Shown here one piece after another: positions 38,051 through 51,254 of a DNA stretch of 64,000 nt; the stretch's first letter is position 1; each line of letters opens with the position of its first letter. A program made the position numbers and the translations under genes. Under the pieces are notes generated by a model that was not told the origin of the DNA, searched no databases, and saw only the letters and a program-made list of their open reading frames with translations. This stretch comes from Leucoraja ocellata (lineage: Eukaryota). The DNA is taken from NCBI GenBank assembly GCA_036785375.1, contig JAWMAR010000066.1, forward strand, positions 2,294,001 through 2,358,000, read 5' to 3'.

Positions 38051-38631
38051 TTAATGGAAATATGGCACATCTTGCCTGCCATGCCATTCTGTTGCACCAT
38101 CACAGATTGGCAAATTGATTTGGCAATCGCAAATTTGGGATACCCATAGGCCACCCAGCTAGTGACCATCCACCTGGGCAAAAAGATACTCTTGGCCAGA
38201 TTCACATTGCCTCAGAAAGGGTGTCCATCAGCCAAATGCTCTCCATGGTTTGCCAGCCACAGATGGATAACTGTAGCTCACTTCCAACAATGTGGTTTGG
38301 TCAAGAGGCTGCATCAAGGCAGCAAAGTGAAGATAATAAATGCATGGCGCTCTATGACTAAGGTCAACTAACAGTAATGTTACAGGAGGGATGAGGATTC
38401 GGTTGCCTGTTAATTCCTTTGCACCCATCTACCTATTAATGGCAAAGCTTGAGGAGTAGAATATAAGGAGTTATACAGATCAGTACTGAATTGAATTGTA
38501 AAATACTGAAAGGTATGAAATCAAGAGTTAATAGTTTGCACCAATACGATAAATATTCCTCATAATAACACATGCTAATTGCTGATTATATGCAACTATT
38601 ATTGTGCAGGCAATATCAGATTTAGTATTGA

Positions 38632-38828
38632 AGAAAGAAACAAAATGTTGGAGTAACTCAGCGGGACAGGCAGCATCTCTGGAGAGAAAGAATGCATGAC
38701 GTTTTGGGTCGAGACCCTTCTTCACCCATTCCTACTCTCCAGAGATGCTGCCTGTCCCGCTGAGGTACTCCAGCATTTTGTGTCTATCTTCAGTGTAAAC
38801 CAGCAACTGCAGTTCCTTCCTGCACACT
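38632..38828. mobile_element. Inverted pair of Penelope 3' repeats
   Basis: cagcgggacaggcagcatctctggagag ... ctctccagagatgctgcctgtcccgctg. Confidence 0.75.
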
Positions 38829-39864
38829 TCAGATTGATTATCGATTGCTAAAATAAATGGATGCTCAGAAGCTGGATATTGGTATTGGGAGCTGAATGCT
38901 TAAGAGCTGCCAATACAGTTAACAAAGGGCTAAGTCTTGCATTGATCCATATGGAACACCTAAATTTGGTAGAAGCACAATGGGCACCACTTTCCTTTCT
39001 GCCGAAGATGTTGCAAGTTGCATGAATCAGCAGGATGTTGACAAAACAGCATCCTGCTATCGTCCTGGGAGGTGGCAGAGAATCTCAGCCTTTGTGTAAA
39101 GGAGATGTTGTATAATGGCTGGTAAGATTTAATGTGGACACATAGAAAAGCAGCTGAATGGACAGGAAGTACAGCAGTGGGACTCTGGCCTATGAATAGA
39201 CACTGCTCTTCGGTACCAGAGTTACAATGTAATTCATCCTAATTGCTGGGAAATTAAGTTGGCATTTGTAGTTCATTGCTATTTTAGATGCAGTTTATCA
39301 CACTAAAATAGTGCTGGTTCCAATTGTGGTTTTTACACTAGAATTTAGGATATTATACAGTATAAAATATTTCCATATTCTGCGTTAAAAGTTCCTTTGT
39401 TGCATTATGAAATTAAGGTATCGTAGTAACTAAAACCATTCAGTGGTTGCCTACCATTCATTCCTTCAATAAATACGACTTTACCATATATATATATATT
39501 GTTTTAAATTATTGCAATATTAAGCCCCTTTGAAGAGACCCTCAATTCCTGCTCGCTAGGCTGCAGCACCAGATGGCAAGAACAAGTTGTGCTATGTCTG
39601 ATCTGCTAGTTGTTTTAAGGCAATCCAGCCTGTTGTCGAGTACATCACTGCACAGACTTCTAACGCCTAGCATGGAGCATGCAAGAGAGCAGAACAAATC
39701 CATCTTGCCCCAGGCCATGTCTTTGTTCTGAGGTATCTGTTCTTTGTTCTGAGATTTCTTGGCTATGGCTCTACTTATGTACACTCACATCTCTCCCTCA
39801 TACTCCCAAAGATGCTGACTCTTGCTGGAGTCCTGTTCCATGGCAACATGTCACTTAGCTCCTG

Positions 39865-40738
39865 ATTAGAGTCATAGAATGATACAGTGTAGAAAGAGGC
39901 CCTTCGGCCCAACTTGCCCACACCGGCCAACAATGTCCCAGCTACACTAGTCCCACCTTGGTCCATATCCCTCCAAACCTGTCCTGTCCATGTACCTGTC
40001 TAACTGTTTCTTAAACGATGGGATAGTCCGAGCCTCAACTATTTCCTCTGGCAGCTTGTTCCATACACCCACCACCCTTTGTGTGAAAAAGTTACCCCTC
40101 GGATTCCTATTAAATCTTTTCCCCTTCAGCTTGAACCTATGTCCTCTGGTCCTTGATTCCCCTACTCTGGGCAACAGACTCTGCACCTACCTGATCTATT
40201 CCTCTCATGATTTTGCACACCTCTATAAGATCTCCCCTCATCCTCCTGCGCTCCATGGAATAGAGACCCTGCCTCCTCAACCACTCCCTAAAGCTCACAC
40301 CCTCTAGTCCTGGCAACATCCTCGTAAATCTTCTCTGAACCCTTTCAAGCTTGACAATATCTTTCCTATAACTTGGTGCCCATAACTGAACACAATATTT
40401 TAAATGAGTTCTCACCAACGTCTTATACAACTGCAACATGACCTCCCAACTTCTATACTCAATACTCTGTCTGATGAAGGCCAAAGTGCCAAAAGCCTTT
40501 TTCACCACCTTATCTACCTGCGACTCGACCTTCAATGAACCATGTACCTGTACTCCTAGATCCCTCTGCTCTACAACACTACCCAGAGGCCTACAATTTA
40601 CTGTGTAGGTCCTACCCTTGTTCGATGTCCCAAAATGCAACAACTCGCACTTCTCTGAATTAAATTCCATCAACCATTCCTCTGCCCACCTGGCCAATCG
40701 ATCCAGATCCTGCTGCAATCGTTCACAACCATCTTCAC
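39865..40738 (-). mobile_element. CR1 ORF2 3' fragment
   Basis: Minus ORFs QQDLDRLARWAEEWLMEFN...RRRMRGDLIEV and FFTQRVVGVWNKLP. Confidence 0.9.
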
Positions 40739-41540
40739 GTAAAAGCCTTGACTTGCAATGTTAGTATTAGATAGTGGCCGTACCAAGCAAGCTTAATCTG
40801 CTTACCCCTGTTACATATATTTGCTGCACCAGTTATTGACCAGCGGTCAGCTAGTTTGTTTTTTTGTCCTCTTTCATACATTTACCATTTTCTGCGATCT
40901 GCAAGCTCTTTGTTAGACTATGGTTCAAAAGTTCAAGTTCCTCGGTTTCATGGAATGGCATCCTAGAAGAAAATGACTAGTAATTATGTTGTTATTGCTT
41001 CTCACACAGAACAATGTCCCCAAATTGACCAGAGAAAGTCTGAGCAAAGAAAATTATATTTGGGCCAAATGCTAGATCGAAGGAAGGGGATGTGAATTAA
41101 AGGGAGTAAATAAGATGGGGATGTTTCACGATGAAATGGCAGAGTTTGATGTTGTCAAGTGGAATTTATTAGATGCACATGCATGACAAGATACAGGTAC
41201 AAGGAAAAGCTTGATGCGCAGGCACATCGATTCTGACAAGCACACTAACATAAATTACACATAGAATTTCAAAAAGAAAGAAAATAGAAAAATATAATTC
41301 CATGATAGTGCAAGAAATGGACTGTTGTGTTCTGTTGTTGAGGTAGGATTATGGCGGTGCATGTTGGTTTAGGAACCTGAGGGTTATAGGAAGGTGTGTA
41401 AGAAAGAACTGCAGATGCTGGATGTAACCAAAGGTAGACACAAATTGCTGGAGTAACTCAGTGGGTGAGGCAGCATCTATGGAGAGAAGGAATGGGCGAC
41501 GTTTCAGATCGAGACATTTCAGGTCGAAACGTCGCCCATT

Positions 41541-41951
41541 TATGGAAGTGTCGGAGACCCTACACCTGGAAAGATTCAGATTTGTCTTAATGGACAAACA
41601 AGAACTTTTTGTTAGAATATGGTCTCCATTCATTTACTATTTGAAGGGGTAGATCGGTCCAGCACGGGAACCTAACCGAAGCTTGAACTCAGGATTAGAT
41701 GAAAGTTATACTTTATAATCCACGAATCTATCTCCAAAGATGTATTATTAGTAAACCATTCAATTCTTTTTTTTATCTTGACATCTATGTTCTTTTTTTT
41801 TCCTATTTCTCTCTCTCTTTCTATCTTTAAAAAAAAACTAGAAGCAGAACCAATCCATAACTGATAATATTAACAATGTATGACTGATATACATGACATG
41901 TTTGTAATATGGGTTTGCTTCTAATAAAAATAATTTAAAAAAAAACCAAAA
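41541..41951 (+). mobile_element. 5'-truncated L1-clade 3' end inserted in a Penelope inverted pair
   Basis: ETLHLERFRF...WSPFIYYLKG* resembles the C-terminus of the 62948-63388 ORF. It has an A-rich tail and a GCCCATT TSD (41534-40, 41952-58). Confidence 0.78.
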
Positions 41952-44265
41952 GCCCATTCTTTCTCTCCATAGATGCTGCCTCACCCGCTGAGTTACTCCA
42001 GCATTTTGTGTCCGACTTCGGTTATAGGAAGGTAGCTGTTTCTGAACATGATGGTGTGTGACCTCGGGCTCCTGCACTTCCTGCTTGATGGTAGCAGCGA
42101 GAAAAGATCATGACCTGGATGGTGGGGGTCCTTAATGATAGATGCCTCCTTCTTGAAGCAGTGTCTCGTGTGGATGCCCTTTGATGGAGAGGCTGATGCC
42201 AGTGATAGACTTTAAAATAATTTATAAAGAAGAAATATTAGCGGAGTGGTCTGTTTTATGGTGGAATGGATGACAGCGTCTCTTCATGTCATGTGGATAT
42301 TTGAGGAATTTAGAGTTCTGATAGCCCAGGGAAAGAAACTGGGTCTTGAGTCTGTTTGTCCGGATTTTGATGCACCTGTCAAAAGCAAGGCCATGAAGAG
42401 CAGATTCACTCTCCCCAAAGTGAATAGAGGGCAGGTTACTCAGGGAGCATTGAATTCAGTACTCTTACATCTAGCCTTAGGGAAATTGATGAAATGACTT
42501 GAATGTACTGTGACATGCTGTTTGTAATAAACTTAATACACAAGGCGTTCCTTTAAAGTTTGCTTGTTTGCCTGCTGTGACACATCTTGGTCGATGGTTC
42601 ACATAGCGTCTGAAATCTGCGTTAGCTAACTGACTTGTATTAACATTTGTCCTACCATCAGAGTATTCAACTAATAAGTGGGTGCCATGCTGCTGTAGAG
42701 AAATGGAGAGCACACACCATGTCACACCAGCTCGTCACCTGATGCCCTGGAGCTCTCTAATCTCAAATGAGGGCCCGCGTTTGTTTACATCATTTGGTTG
42801 CCACAGTTGAAATCACCAGAGTCCTTCATTTCCACCTCTCTGCTCTCAATATAACATCAGGGTATTTTGGAGCAGGTAAATGGTCTTAGCCAAAGCATGT
42901 TCTTAATGTATGAGAATGATAAACAACAGCCATCAGTGTTAATTCATCTGTCATGTAACAAAATCACCTTTGCATGCTGCATCAACCAAGAGTTTATACA
43001 TATTGCCACAGGTTTTTCTTATATGTGAGTAATATGATTGGTATTGGTTTTATTATTGTCAGATGCACTGAGGTGCAGTGAAAAACTTTGATTTACATGC
43101 AACCCAGGAAAATCATGCCATGCATAAGTACACCAAGGTAGTGCAAGAGAGAAAAAGAAACAGAATGGCAGAATATAGTGTCACAGCTACAGAGAAAGTG
43201 CAGATTGAAAAACTACAAAGTAGGTTGGGAGATCAAAAATTCATCCTGGGCATCCTTAAGTGATAGGTATATGGAACGAGCTGCTGGAGGAGGTAGTTAC
43301 TATAACAGCTGAGTAATCTGCACTCTGAAGAGTTCATTTTGGTTGCTTATTGGTCGCAGATGCTGCTGGAGAGCGCGGAGACACTGGCCTTACTCACATT
43401 CATGTGCTTCCAGGGAGTTTAAGGGCGGTATAACAGCCTGTTGTGTGTAAAGTATGCATTAACCATCTCACAACACACCAGATAAAAAACCGTCAATAAT
43501 CCCACTGGATTGTGCAAGCAGATATAATGCGTTGGGGCTAAGCAGATACAAGCAGTAAAAAATGTCATAATTAAGCATGAAACGTTATACAGTCCACTCT
43601 CAGCCACCCAGCATCTGTTGGGAATGGGATGCCTGCAGTATGAATATGCCGGTTGCCTGAAAATTGTACAGAAAAAACTTGACTGTACATCATACACGAG
43701 TATTTGTTGTTAAACTATATATTATCACTCTCCAAATCCACAAAGAACTTCTCAAGCTTTGCACTTTGTGGTTTAGTGTCATAAATCATTGAGGAACCAG
43801 TGTTGAATCCCTTCATAAAAACATTAAAATGTTCACCTTTTCTCTACTGAATAATGAGAGGGAGCATGAACTGAGTTCAGAGGGCCTATCGCACTGTAAT
43901 GAAGGAATATGTGAGCTCAAGAATGCCGTTTATATCCCTATTTAAGCAATTCCAATTATCTTTTACATTAACTTAATTACTTTAGAAGTGGGTTCATGGG
44001 GTTGCAATGTAAGCAAGGCAGCCTTATTGCACGCAGCAAACCTTCAGAAACTGCCACATGAAAAAGACCAGGTAGGCTGATTCTATGGCTCCAGGTTAAG
44101 CTAAGGCACCAAGTGAAAAATCCACTGTTCTTCATAATAGAACATAGAACAGTACAGCACAGATCAGGCCCTGACAAAGTTAAATCAATCTCCTATGCCC
44201 GCATATGATCAATATCCATTCATTCTCTGCATATCCATATGCCATTCTAAAAGCCTCTTAAAGGC

Positions 44266-44612
44266 TATCATGAGAGATCCCTTCCACCCCTGCAACGGAC
44301 TGTTCCAGCTGCTACGGTCAGGCAAACGCCTCCGTTGCCATGCGGTGAGAACGGAGAGGTTGAGAAGGAGTTTCTTCCCAGAGGCCATTCGGACTGTAAA
44401 CGCCTATCTCACCTGGGACTAACTATACTGAACGTTTTTCCTTCCATTATTTATTATGTAAAAGAATATGTGTGTTATGATTGTGTTTATAGTTTGTTTG
44501 GTTGTTTGGTTGTTTGTCTTTTGCACAAAAGTCTGCGAGCATTGCCACTTTCATTTCACTGCACATCTCGTATGTGTATGTGACAAATAAACTTGACTTG
44601 ACTAGACTTGAC
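44266..44612 (+). mobile_element. Rex/Babar 3' fragment inserted in an antisense CR1
   Basis: DPFHPCNGLFQLLRSGKRLR...RRSFFPEAIR, then 3' UTR and TGACAAATAAA(CTTGA)n. Confidence 0.85.
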
Positions 44613-44821
44613 TAAAAGCCATTGTCATATATGCAGAGTCCACGATCATCTTGGCAGCCTATTCCAGGCACCCAACACTCTCTGGGTAAAACATATTCCC
44701 CGCACATCTTTAAAATGTGTCCCTCTTTCCTTAAAGCTGTGCCCTCTTGTCTTTGATATTTCCACCCTGGGTAAAAAGCTGTGACTATTTAAACTTATGA
44801 CTCTTATGATTTTATATACCC

Positions 44822-45658
44822 CAGTCTGTTAGGTCAGACAACCACACCTCTTCAACCCTCACCCTGAACACTGGCATTCCACAGGGCTGTGTGCTGAGCC
44901 CCCTCCTCTACTCCCTCTTCACCTACGACTGCACACCTGTACATGGTACTAACACCATCATCAAGTATGCAGATGATACAACGGTGATTGGCCTCATCAG
45001 CGACAACAATGAGTCGGTCTATAGGGAGGAGGTCCAGCTCCTAGCAGCATGGTGCGCTGACAACAACCTGGCCCTTATTCCAAGAAGACCAAGGAGCTCA
45101 TTGTGGACTTCAGAAGATCTAGGGGCGGCACGCACACCCCCATCCACATTAACGGGACGGAGGTGGAACGTGTTTCCAGCTTCAGGTTCCTGGGGGTCAA
45201 CATCTCTGACCTCTCTTGGACCCACAATACCTCAACACTGGTCAAGAAGGCTCACAAGTGTCTCTTCTTCCTGAGGAGACTGAAGAAGGACCATCTGTCT
45301 CCTCAGATTCTGGTGAACTTCTACCGCTGCACCATCGAGAGCATCCTAACCAACTGTATCACAGTATGGTATGGCAACTGCTCTGTCTCCGACCGGAAAG
45401 CTCTGCAGAGGGTGGTGAAAATTGCCGAACGCATCACCGGTTCCTCACTCCCCTCCATTGAGTCTGTCCAAAGCAAGCGCCCCCCCACCCCCCGGACACT
45501 CCTTCCCCCAGAAAAAATGCACTACTATTAATGTTGTACATATATGTATTTTACTGCTCATTATTCTATGCTCGCTCTTCTGGGTGAGATGCTAACTACA
45601 TTTCGTTGTCTCTGTACTGTACACTGCACAATGACAATGAAGATTGAATCTGAATCTG
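44822..45658 (+). mobile_element. Rex/Babar RT fragment inserted in the same antisense CR1
   Basis: PQGCVLSPLLYSL, KYADDTT, WCADNNL, NFYRCTIESILT; tail tgacaatgaa(gattgaatct). Confidence 0.88.
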
Positions 45659-46379
45659 ACTTCTATCAAGCATCCCCTCAAACGTTCCAGAGGAGACAAT
45701 CCAAGTTTGTCGACCCTCTTCGTAGAGGTAATACAATCTAGTCCAGGCAGCATTCTGGTAAGCATCAGTCCCCTCTCTAAAGCCTTCACATCCATTCTAT
45801 GATATGGCAAAGAAAACTTTGCACAACACTCCAACTGTAGCTTCAATAAAGTCTTATAAATCTGTAACTTGACTTCCTGGCTGTTATACCAAGTGTACCA
45901 AAGGATCTTCATGTTCAGCTGAGCAGTGGGCAGAGTCTCAGTTAAATGTCCTCTTTATAAGGCAGTACCTCTGACATTACAGCACAACCCCATGACTTCA
46001 TTAGAGCTTCAACCTTAGGGCAGCTTTAACCGCACTCTAACTCCCTTCTAACTCAGGCACCTGCAACCATCTGTGCCATAGATGGACGTGTTGGAGTTTT
46101 GAACAGGAAACTCTGAGTGAGTTCCCATAAAGGACAGGGGATGGCACTGTCTGACTGTGCCAATGGAATGAGGAAAATATTCCTTCAGATCGCCTTGCCT
46201 CAGAGGTTAATTCTTCTCCAAGCCGGTATATGAGCAGATAATCAATGAATTACAGCATTGAAGAGGCAGGTGAGCTAATCATAAGTTATGGGAGCAAAGA
46301 TCAATTGGTCTGGAGTGCACTCTCTTGTACGTACATCCTCAATTACTCCTCTTTAATTACATCCTCATGAGGGTCAGAG

Positions 46380-47170
46380 GGTCACTCTCCCCTCGTCTAC
46401 TGTCACTGCTGCTCCTGATGTGACCTTCTCTTCATCGGCAAGACCAAGCGTAGATTTTGCCCAACACTTGCGCTCGGTCCGTCAGCTGGATCACCCAGTT
46501 GCTAACCATTCTCACCCCATTTCCCCTTCCCTTACTGAGCTTCTTGCCCTTCATCTCCTCCCTGGCCAGGGTGATGCCACACGCAAACTGGAAATACTGG
46601 ACCTCATATTCCGTTCGGGCAGCTTACAGCCCAATGGTGTGAACAATAAACTTTTCAATTTCAAGTAATGTCCCCAGACCCCTGTACTTCTCTTTCTCCC
46701 CACTCCTACCCCAGCAGCTTTCCTCCCAGCTGCAAACATTTCTCCCATCATTCCCGTCACTCCAGTCTACCCTCCCACCTCCAGGTCATCTCCCACTCCT
46801 CCCATCTCTGAGCTCCCATTTCGACCCCTTTACCCATTCCCTCTGCCCACTTCCACCCATATCCCTCCCTCCAGATTTACATTTCACTCCTCCTCTTCTT
46901 CCCTTATCTGACATCCTTTTGGTTCCATTTCACTCCAGCCTTGTCACTATCTCCATCCTTCTTCCAGTCACCCCTTCACCATCTGTATCCAACTATTATT
47001 TGCCAAGCTTTGCCCATTCCATCTTCTCTTTTCCAGCTTTCTCCCACCCTTTCTCCATCCGTCTGAAGAAGGGCCTCGAACCAAAACGTTGTCTCTCCAT
47101 TTCCCTCCACAGATGCTGCCAGACCAGCCGAGTTCCTACAACAATCGGTTTGTTGCTCAAGATTCCAGAG
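46380..47170 (+). mobile_element. Penelope-like element 3' end (decayed GIY-YIG + 3' repeat)
   Basis: FAQHLRSVR...PVANH...RKLEILDLIFR.GSLQPNG, pyrimidine spacer, ctgaagaagggcctcgaaccaaaacg. Confidence 0.8.
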
Positions 47171-47839
47171 TCCGGCCTCTTCTATCTTCATCAGCTCCTT
47201 GGTTTTATTTGCCTTCAGGCACGTCCATTTATCCACGACTATTTTGGTACCAATGCTAATTTCTTTCAGTTCCTTAATCACTCTAAACTCTTTCTTCCAC
47301 TATTGGCCCCATAGCAGAAGCGCCCATGTTGTGGGGCTGGAAACTGGAAGTATCCTGAGCTAATTCTGCTACCACCATCATCTATTGCAACAAGTGGTAG
47401 CTCCTACTGATTGTCGCCGGAAGCTTGCGTCCTTTTCAGGACGGACGATGACAACGAGGCCAACATTTGTAACAAGATGGACTCGAAAAGAAGAAGAACA
47501 AGATTTCACTATTTGCAAGAAGCTGTTCAACAATGTTTTCCTATTTTTTTCCTTTTTTGTACAGATAATTTTCTCTGAGTGCCACACAGCAGCAAGCATC
47601 CGAGCACAAAACTATGGGACATATTTAATGGAGATCCCCAGTTTAGATTCAAGCTATTCAGCCAGATCACACATGTTCTGCTATTGTACTGTATGTGGAA
47701 ACAAAATTGTTATATAGAAAGCGGGCTTCAACTCCTCCACAGGTGCAGTTAGTTCCAGCATAACTTTGGCAAAAGAGTTACTTAACCAGTTATATGTTGG
47801 TCAATATACAGAGGGAGTTGACAATATTGGCACAGATAG

Positions 47840-48185
47840 AGTGGATGTGGAAAGGATGTTTTTACTGGTGGGAGAGTCCAGGACCAGAGGTCATAGCTTC
47901 AGAATTAAAGGGCGCTCTTTTAATGAAGGAGGTGAGGAGAAACCTCTTTAGTCAGAGGGTAGTTAATCTGTGGAACTCATTGCCACAGAGGGCTGTGGAG
48001 GCCAAGTCAGTGGATATTTTTAAGGCAGAGATAGACAAATTCTTGATTAGACCGGGTGTCAAGGGTTATGAGGACAAGGCAGGAAAATTAGATTAGGTGG
48101 CAGAGATCAGCCATGATTGAATGGCGGAGTAGACTCGATGGGCCGAATGGCCTAATGCTACTCCTATAACTTGTGGACTTGTGAA
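47840..48185 (+). mobile_element. CR1 3' fragment
   Basis: RNLFSQRVVNLWNSLPQRAVEA, followed by a 3' UTR. Confidence 0.85.
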
Positions 48186-48596
48186 TACTTTTTTGAAAAT
48201 GCTATTCATCTCTTTTGCTAACAGTACTGTATCAACAATTTGCTAATCATATTGCAATGTTCCTTTTTTAATTGAAGATCAATGTTGCAGAATGTAGGAG
48301 AGCTGGGGCTAATGCTCTGGTCACCGTGTAGCATTAACAAGGGGACCAGTGGGACCATTGCCGAGTGGGACCATTGCCATGGGCACCTAAAGTCATGAAG
48401 CCTGGGTAACTGAATGTTACCGTTTTTATGCCAATACCAGATCAGACTCCCACGAAAAATATCATAAAATTGGTCAAAGTGATATTTGAAAGAGTGTCAG
48501 TCTGATTTACATTCAGAAAGGCACACTATAACAGGTGCAGTTTAGTTTATTGTCACGTGTACCGAGGTGCAATGAAAAACTTTTGTTGCGCGCTAA

Positions 48597-48915
48597 AAGC
48601 CCTGTCCCACGGTACGAGTTAATTCAAAGAGTTCTCCCGAGTTTGCCCTGATTCGAACTCGGAGATTTACGGTAATAGCCGCTCGTCGGTACTCGGGGCT
48701 CTCGTGGACATTTTTCAACATGTTAAAAAATCTTCATGAGTCTTCCCGAGTTTACCGCGTTTCCCGAGTACCTGCCGTTAGCGTTACGGGCCGCTAACAG
48801 ACGTCCCCGAGCTCCGACGTACCCGCTACGTTCATTCTACGTGCTTACCATGGGTTTGATTTTTTTTAAAACTCGGGAGTGCTCTTGAATGAACTCGTAC
48901 AGTGGGACAGGGCCA
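48597..48915. mobile_element. PIF/Harbinger-type MITE inserted in a Rex-type tail
   Basis: TAA TSD (48594-96, 48916-18); TIR GCCCTGTCCCAC.GTACGAGTT. The host sequence is uninterrupted in the copy at ~3625-3725 (gctaa|ccagtcagcggaaag). Confidence 0.88.
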
Positions 48916-49826
48916 TAACTAGTCAGCAGAAAGACAATACATGATTACAATCGAACCATTTACAGTGTACAGATACATGATCTGAAGAAGGCTCTCGACC
49001 CGAAACGTCACCCATTCCTTCTCTCCGGAGATGTTGCCTGACCCGCTGAGTTACTCCAGTTTTTTCTGTCTATCTTCGATTTAAACCAGCATCTGCAGTT
49101 GCTTCCTACACATGAGGGAATAACGTTTAGTGCAAGGTAAAGCCAGCAAAGTCCGATTACAGATACTCCGAGGATCACCAATGATGTAGACAAAGGAGCC
49201 CTATAGAGCCCTGGTGCATTCACCACAGGACCATTCACTGCTCAAAGTAGCTACCATCGATGGCAGAAGGGAGTCATCTCGTGAAGGTGCATTCCCATGG
49301 TGGCCAAACTACAATAATGTCATGGCCGAGAGCGGGAGAGAACACCACAATTCACTCTCACAGGTCAAAGTCATGCACAGGACATAAAGACCTGGGGGAT
49401 ATTCTGTGCATCAGATGGGCCAGGAGTCTGCTAGGTTTGCACGGAGAAGAGGCATGCAGAAGGTGATAGCTGTTGGCTCCTCCGGGAGCAAACCCCCCCT
49501 GAACATCACTGGATATGTCACAGTGACTCCCAGGCCAGAACAAATACCGCTCTTCCCTGTTCATGCTGAGTCAGACAAACATCACAACACACCACGCTCT
49601 CAAGCATCCATTCAGACATCAAGGGAAGACATCTTGAGTGCAACACATGACCAAGATTGATGAGACCATCCTGCACAGGCCGAAGGTCCACCAAGCTATA
49701 AAACTCCTCAGGAGGAAAAGCATTCAGCAATCTGACAGGTCATAGCGTGGAAACAGGCCCTTCGGCCCAAGTTGCCCACTAACTTGCCCACTGGTCTGCT
49801 CACTAGCAGCATTTCAATGAAATCGC

Positions 49827-50512
49827 CTTGGCGGTGGTGGTGAATATTTGGCGGCGGTGAAGCTTCGGCAGCGGTGAGCCTCGGCAGCGGTGAGCCTCGG
49901 CGGCGGTGAGCCTCAGCGGCCGTGGAGCTTTGGCAGCGGCGAGCCTCGACAGCGGCGAGCCTCGGCAGTGGTGAAGCTTCGGCAGCGGTGAAGCTTCGGC
50001 AGTGGTGAGCCTCAGCAGTGGTGAAGCTTCGGCAGCAGTGAGCCTCGGCAGCAGTGAGCCTCGGCAGCGGTGAGCCTCGGCAGTGGTGAGCCTCAGCAGT
50101 GGTGAAGCTTCGGCAGCGGTGAAGCTTCGGCAGCGGTGAAGCCTCGGCAGCGGTGAAGCCTCGGCAGCGGTGAAGCCTCGGCAGCGGTGAGCCTCGGCAG
50201 TGGTGAAGCTTCGGCAGCGGCGAGCCTCGGCGGCGGTGGAGCTTCGGCAGCGGTGAGACTCGGCGGCTGCGAGCAGCAGCAGGGCCTCATGGCCGACGGA
50301 GCCTCGCGGGTCGGCCCGCGGTCGGTGGTCGATGAGGGCGCAGGGGAACCGCTGCGAGGAGAGGAGGGGAAAGAACAATGGAGGAGCCAGCATGAGGCAC
50401 GTTGTAACTGTCAGTGCCATTTACGTGTCAACTATTTACATACCATGGGTATGCAAGCAAAGGATTTCACTGTGACTTGTCACATGCGGCAATAGAGTAT
50501 TCCATTCCATTC
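49827..50512 (+). mobile_element. GC-rich element containing a minisatellite, with Rex-like tail
   Basis: Tandem array followed by a GC-rich body, atttcac-tgtgacttgtcaca hairpin and (ATTCC)n. Confidence 0.6.
49855..50265 (+). repeat. Minisatellite, 16-17 bp unit GGTGA(A)GC(C/T)TCGGCAGC
   Basis: About 24 variant units read directly from the sequence. Confidence 0.92.
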
Positions 50513-51254
50513 AATTATTATATTGCTTTTGATGTGATTAACTGCAGATACCCCCAGTAACATCAGCGCTGATGCATCATCATGCAGATGTTTTGAATGC
50601 ACCATATAAATGCGCCTTCTATGTTATCTTTACAGGATATTGATGAGTCTCCTGAACCCTAGAAGAAGGGGACACAGAGGTGGAGGAGTGGGAGATAAAG
50701 CAGGGAACGAAGGAAGGGGAAGAAGAGGTGAAGACAACAATGATAAGGGGTCCAACACACCATCTAAGACAGAGGCACCACTAAAGCTGTGCAGATTAGG
50801 TCAGAGGGTGGTGGTTTTCTGGACAATTTAAGAACTGCAATCAGAGCCAGTTACAAGGAACACAGGGCAGGCGTGTTGCTGCTTGGGGTTTAGTTAGCCC
50901 ATGCCCCAGTGAACTCAGCTGCGGATATTTTTCCATAACCAGGCTAATGTGGATACACATCAAGGCAGCAGTGAGCTATCATGCCTGCCACAATGCACAC
51001 AGGAGACACTTCACCAGGTGTACAGAAAGGAAGAATGTGGGTCGATGGTAGGATGAATGCGCGCAATGATGAACGGTATGTAAGGAGGTGGCAAAAGATT
51101 TTGACCAAATATATTTTGCCTGCTGAAAATACTAAAACGATCCAAATCACAGTAAAAATGGAATGGCGAATGCAGAGAAGAGACTTCAATCAGGAAGAAT
51201 TGAAAACCTGAATATTACTTTAATAGTGAGACTTCAGGATGTTGCTGCACCAAG

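Noticed and set aside
48349-48380. Short tandem duplications (also ~10989-11018, 51766-51818, 61947-61998)
   Set aside because: Ordinary 15-26 bp slippage or repair duplications with no sign of function.
49803-50420. 205-aa repetitive ORF / CRISPR-like periodicity
   Set aside because: Translation of a minisatellite; units are contiguous with no unique spacers and no cas genes.
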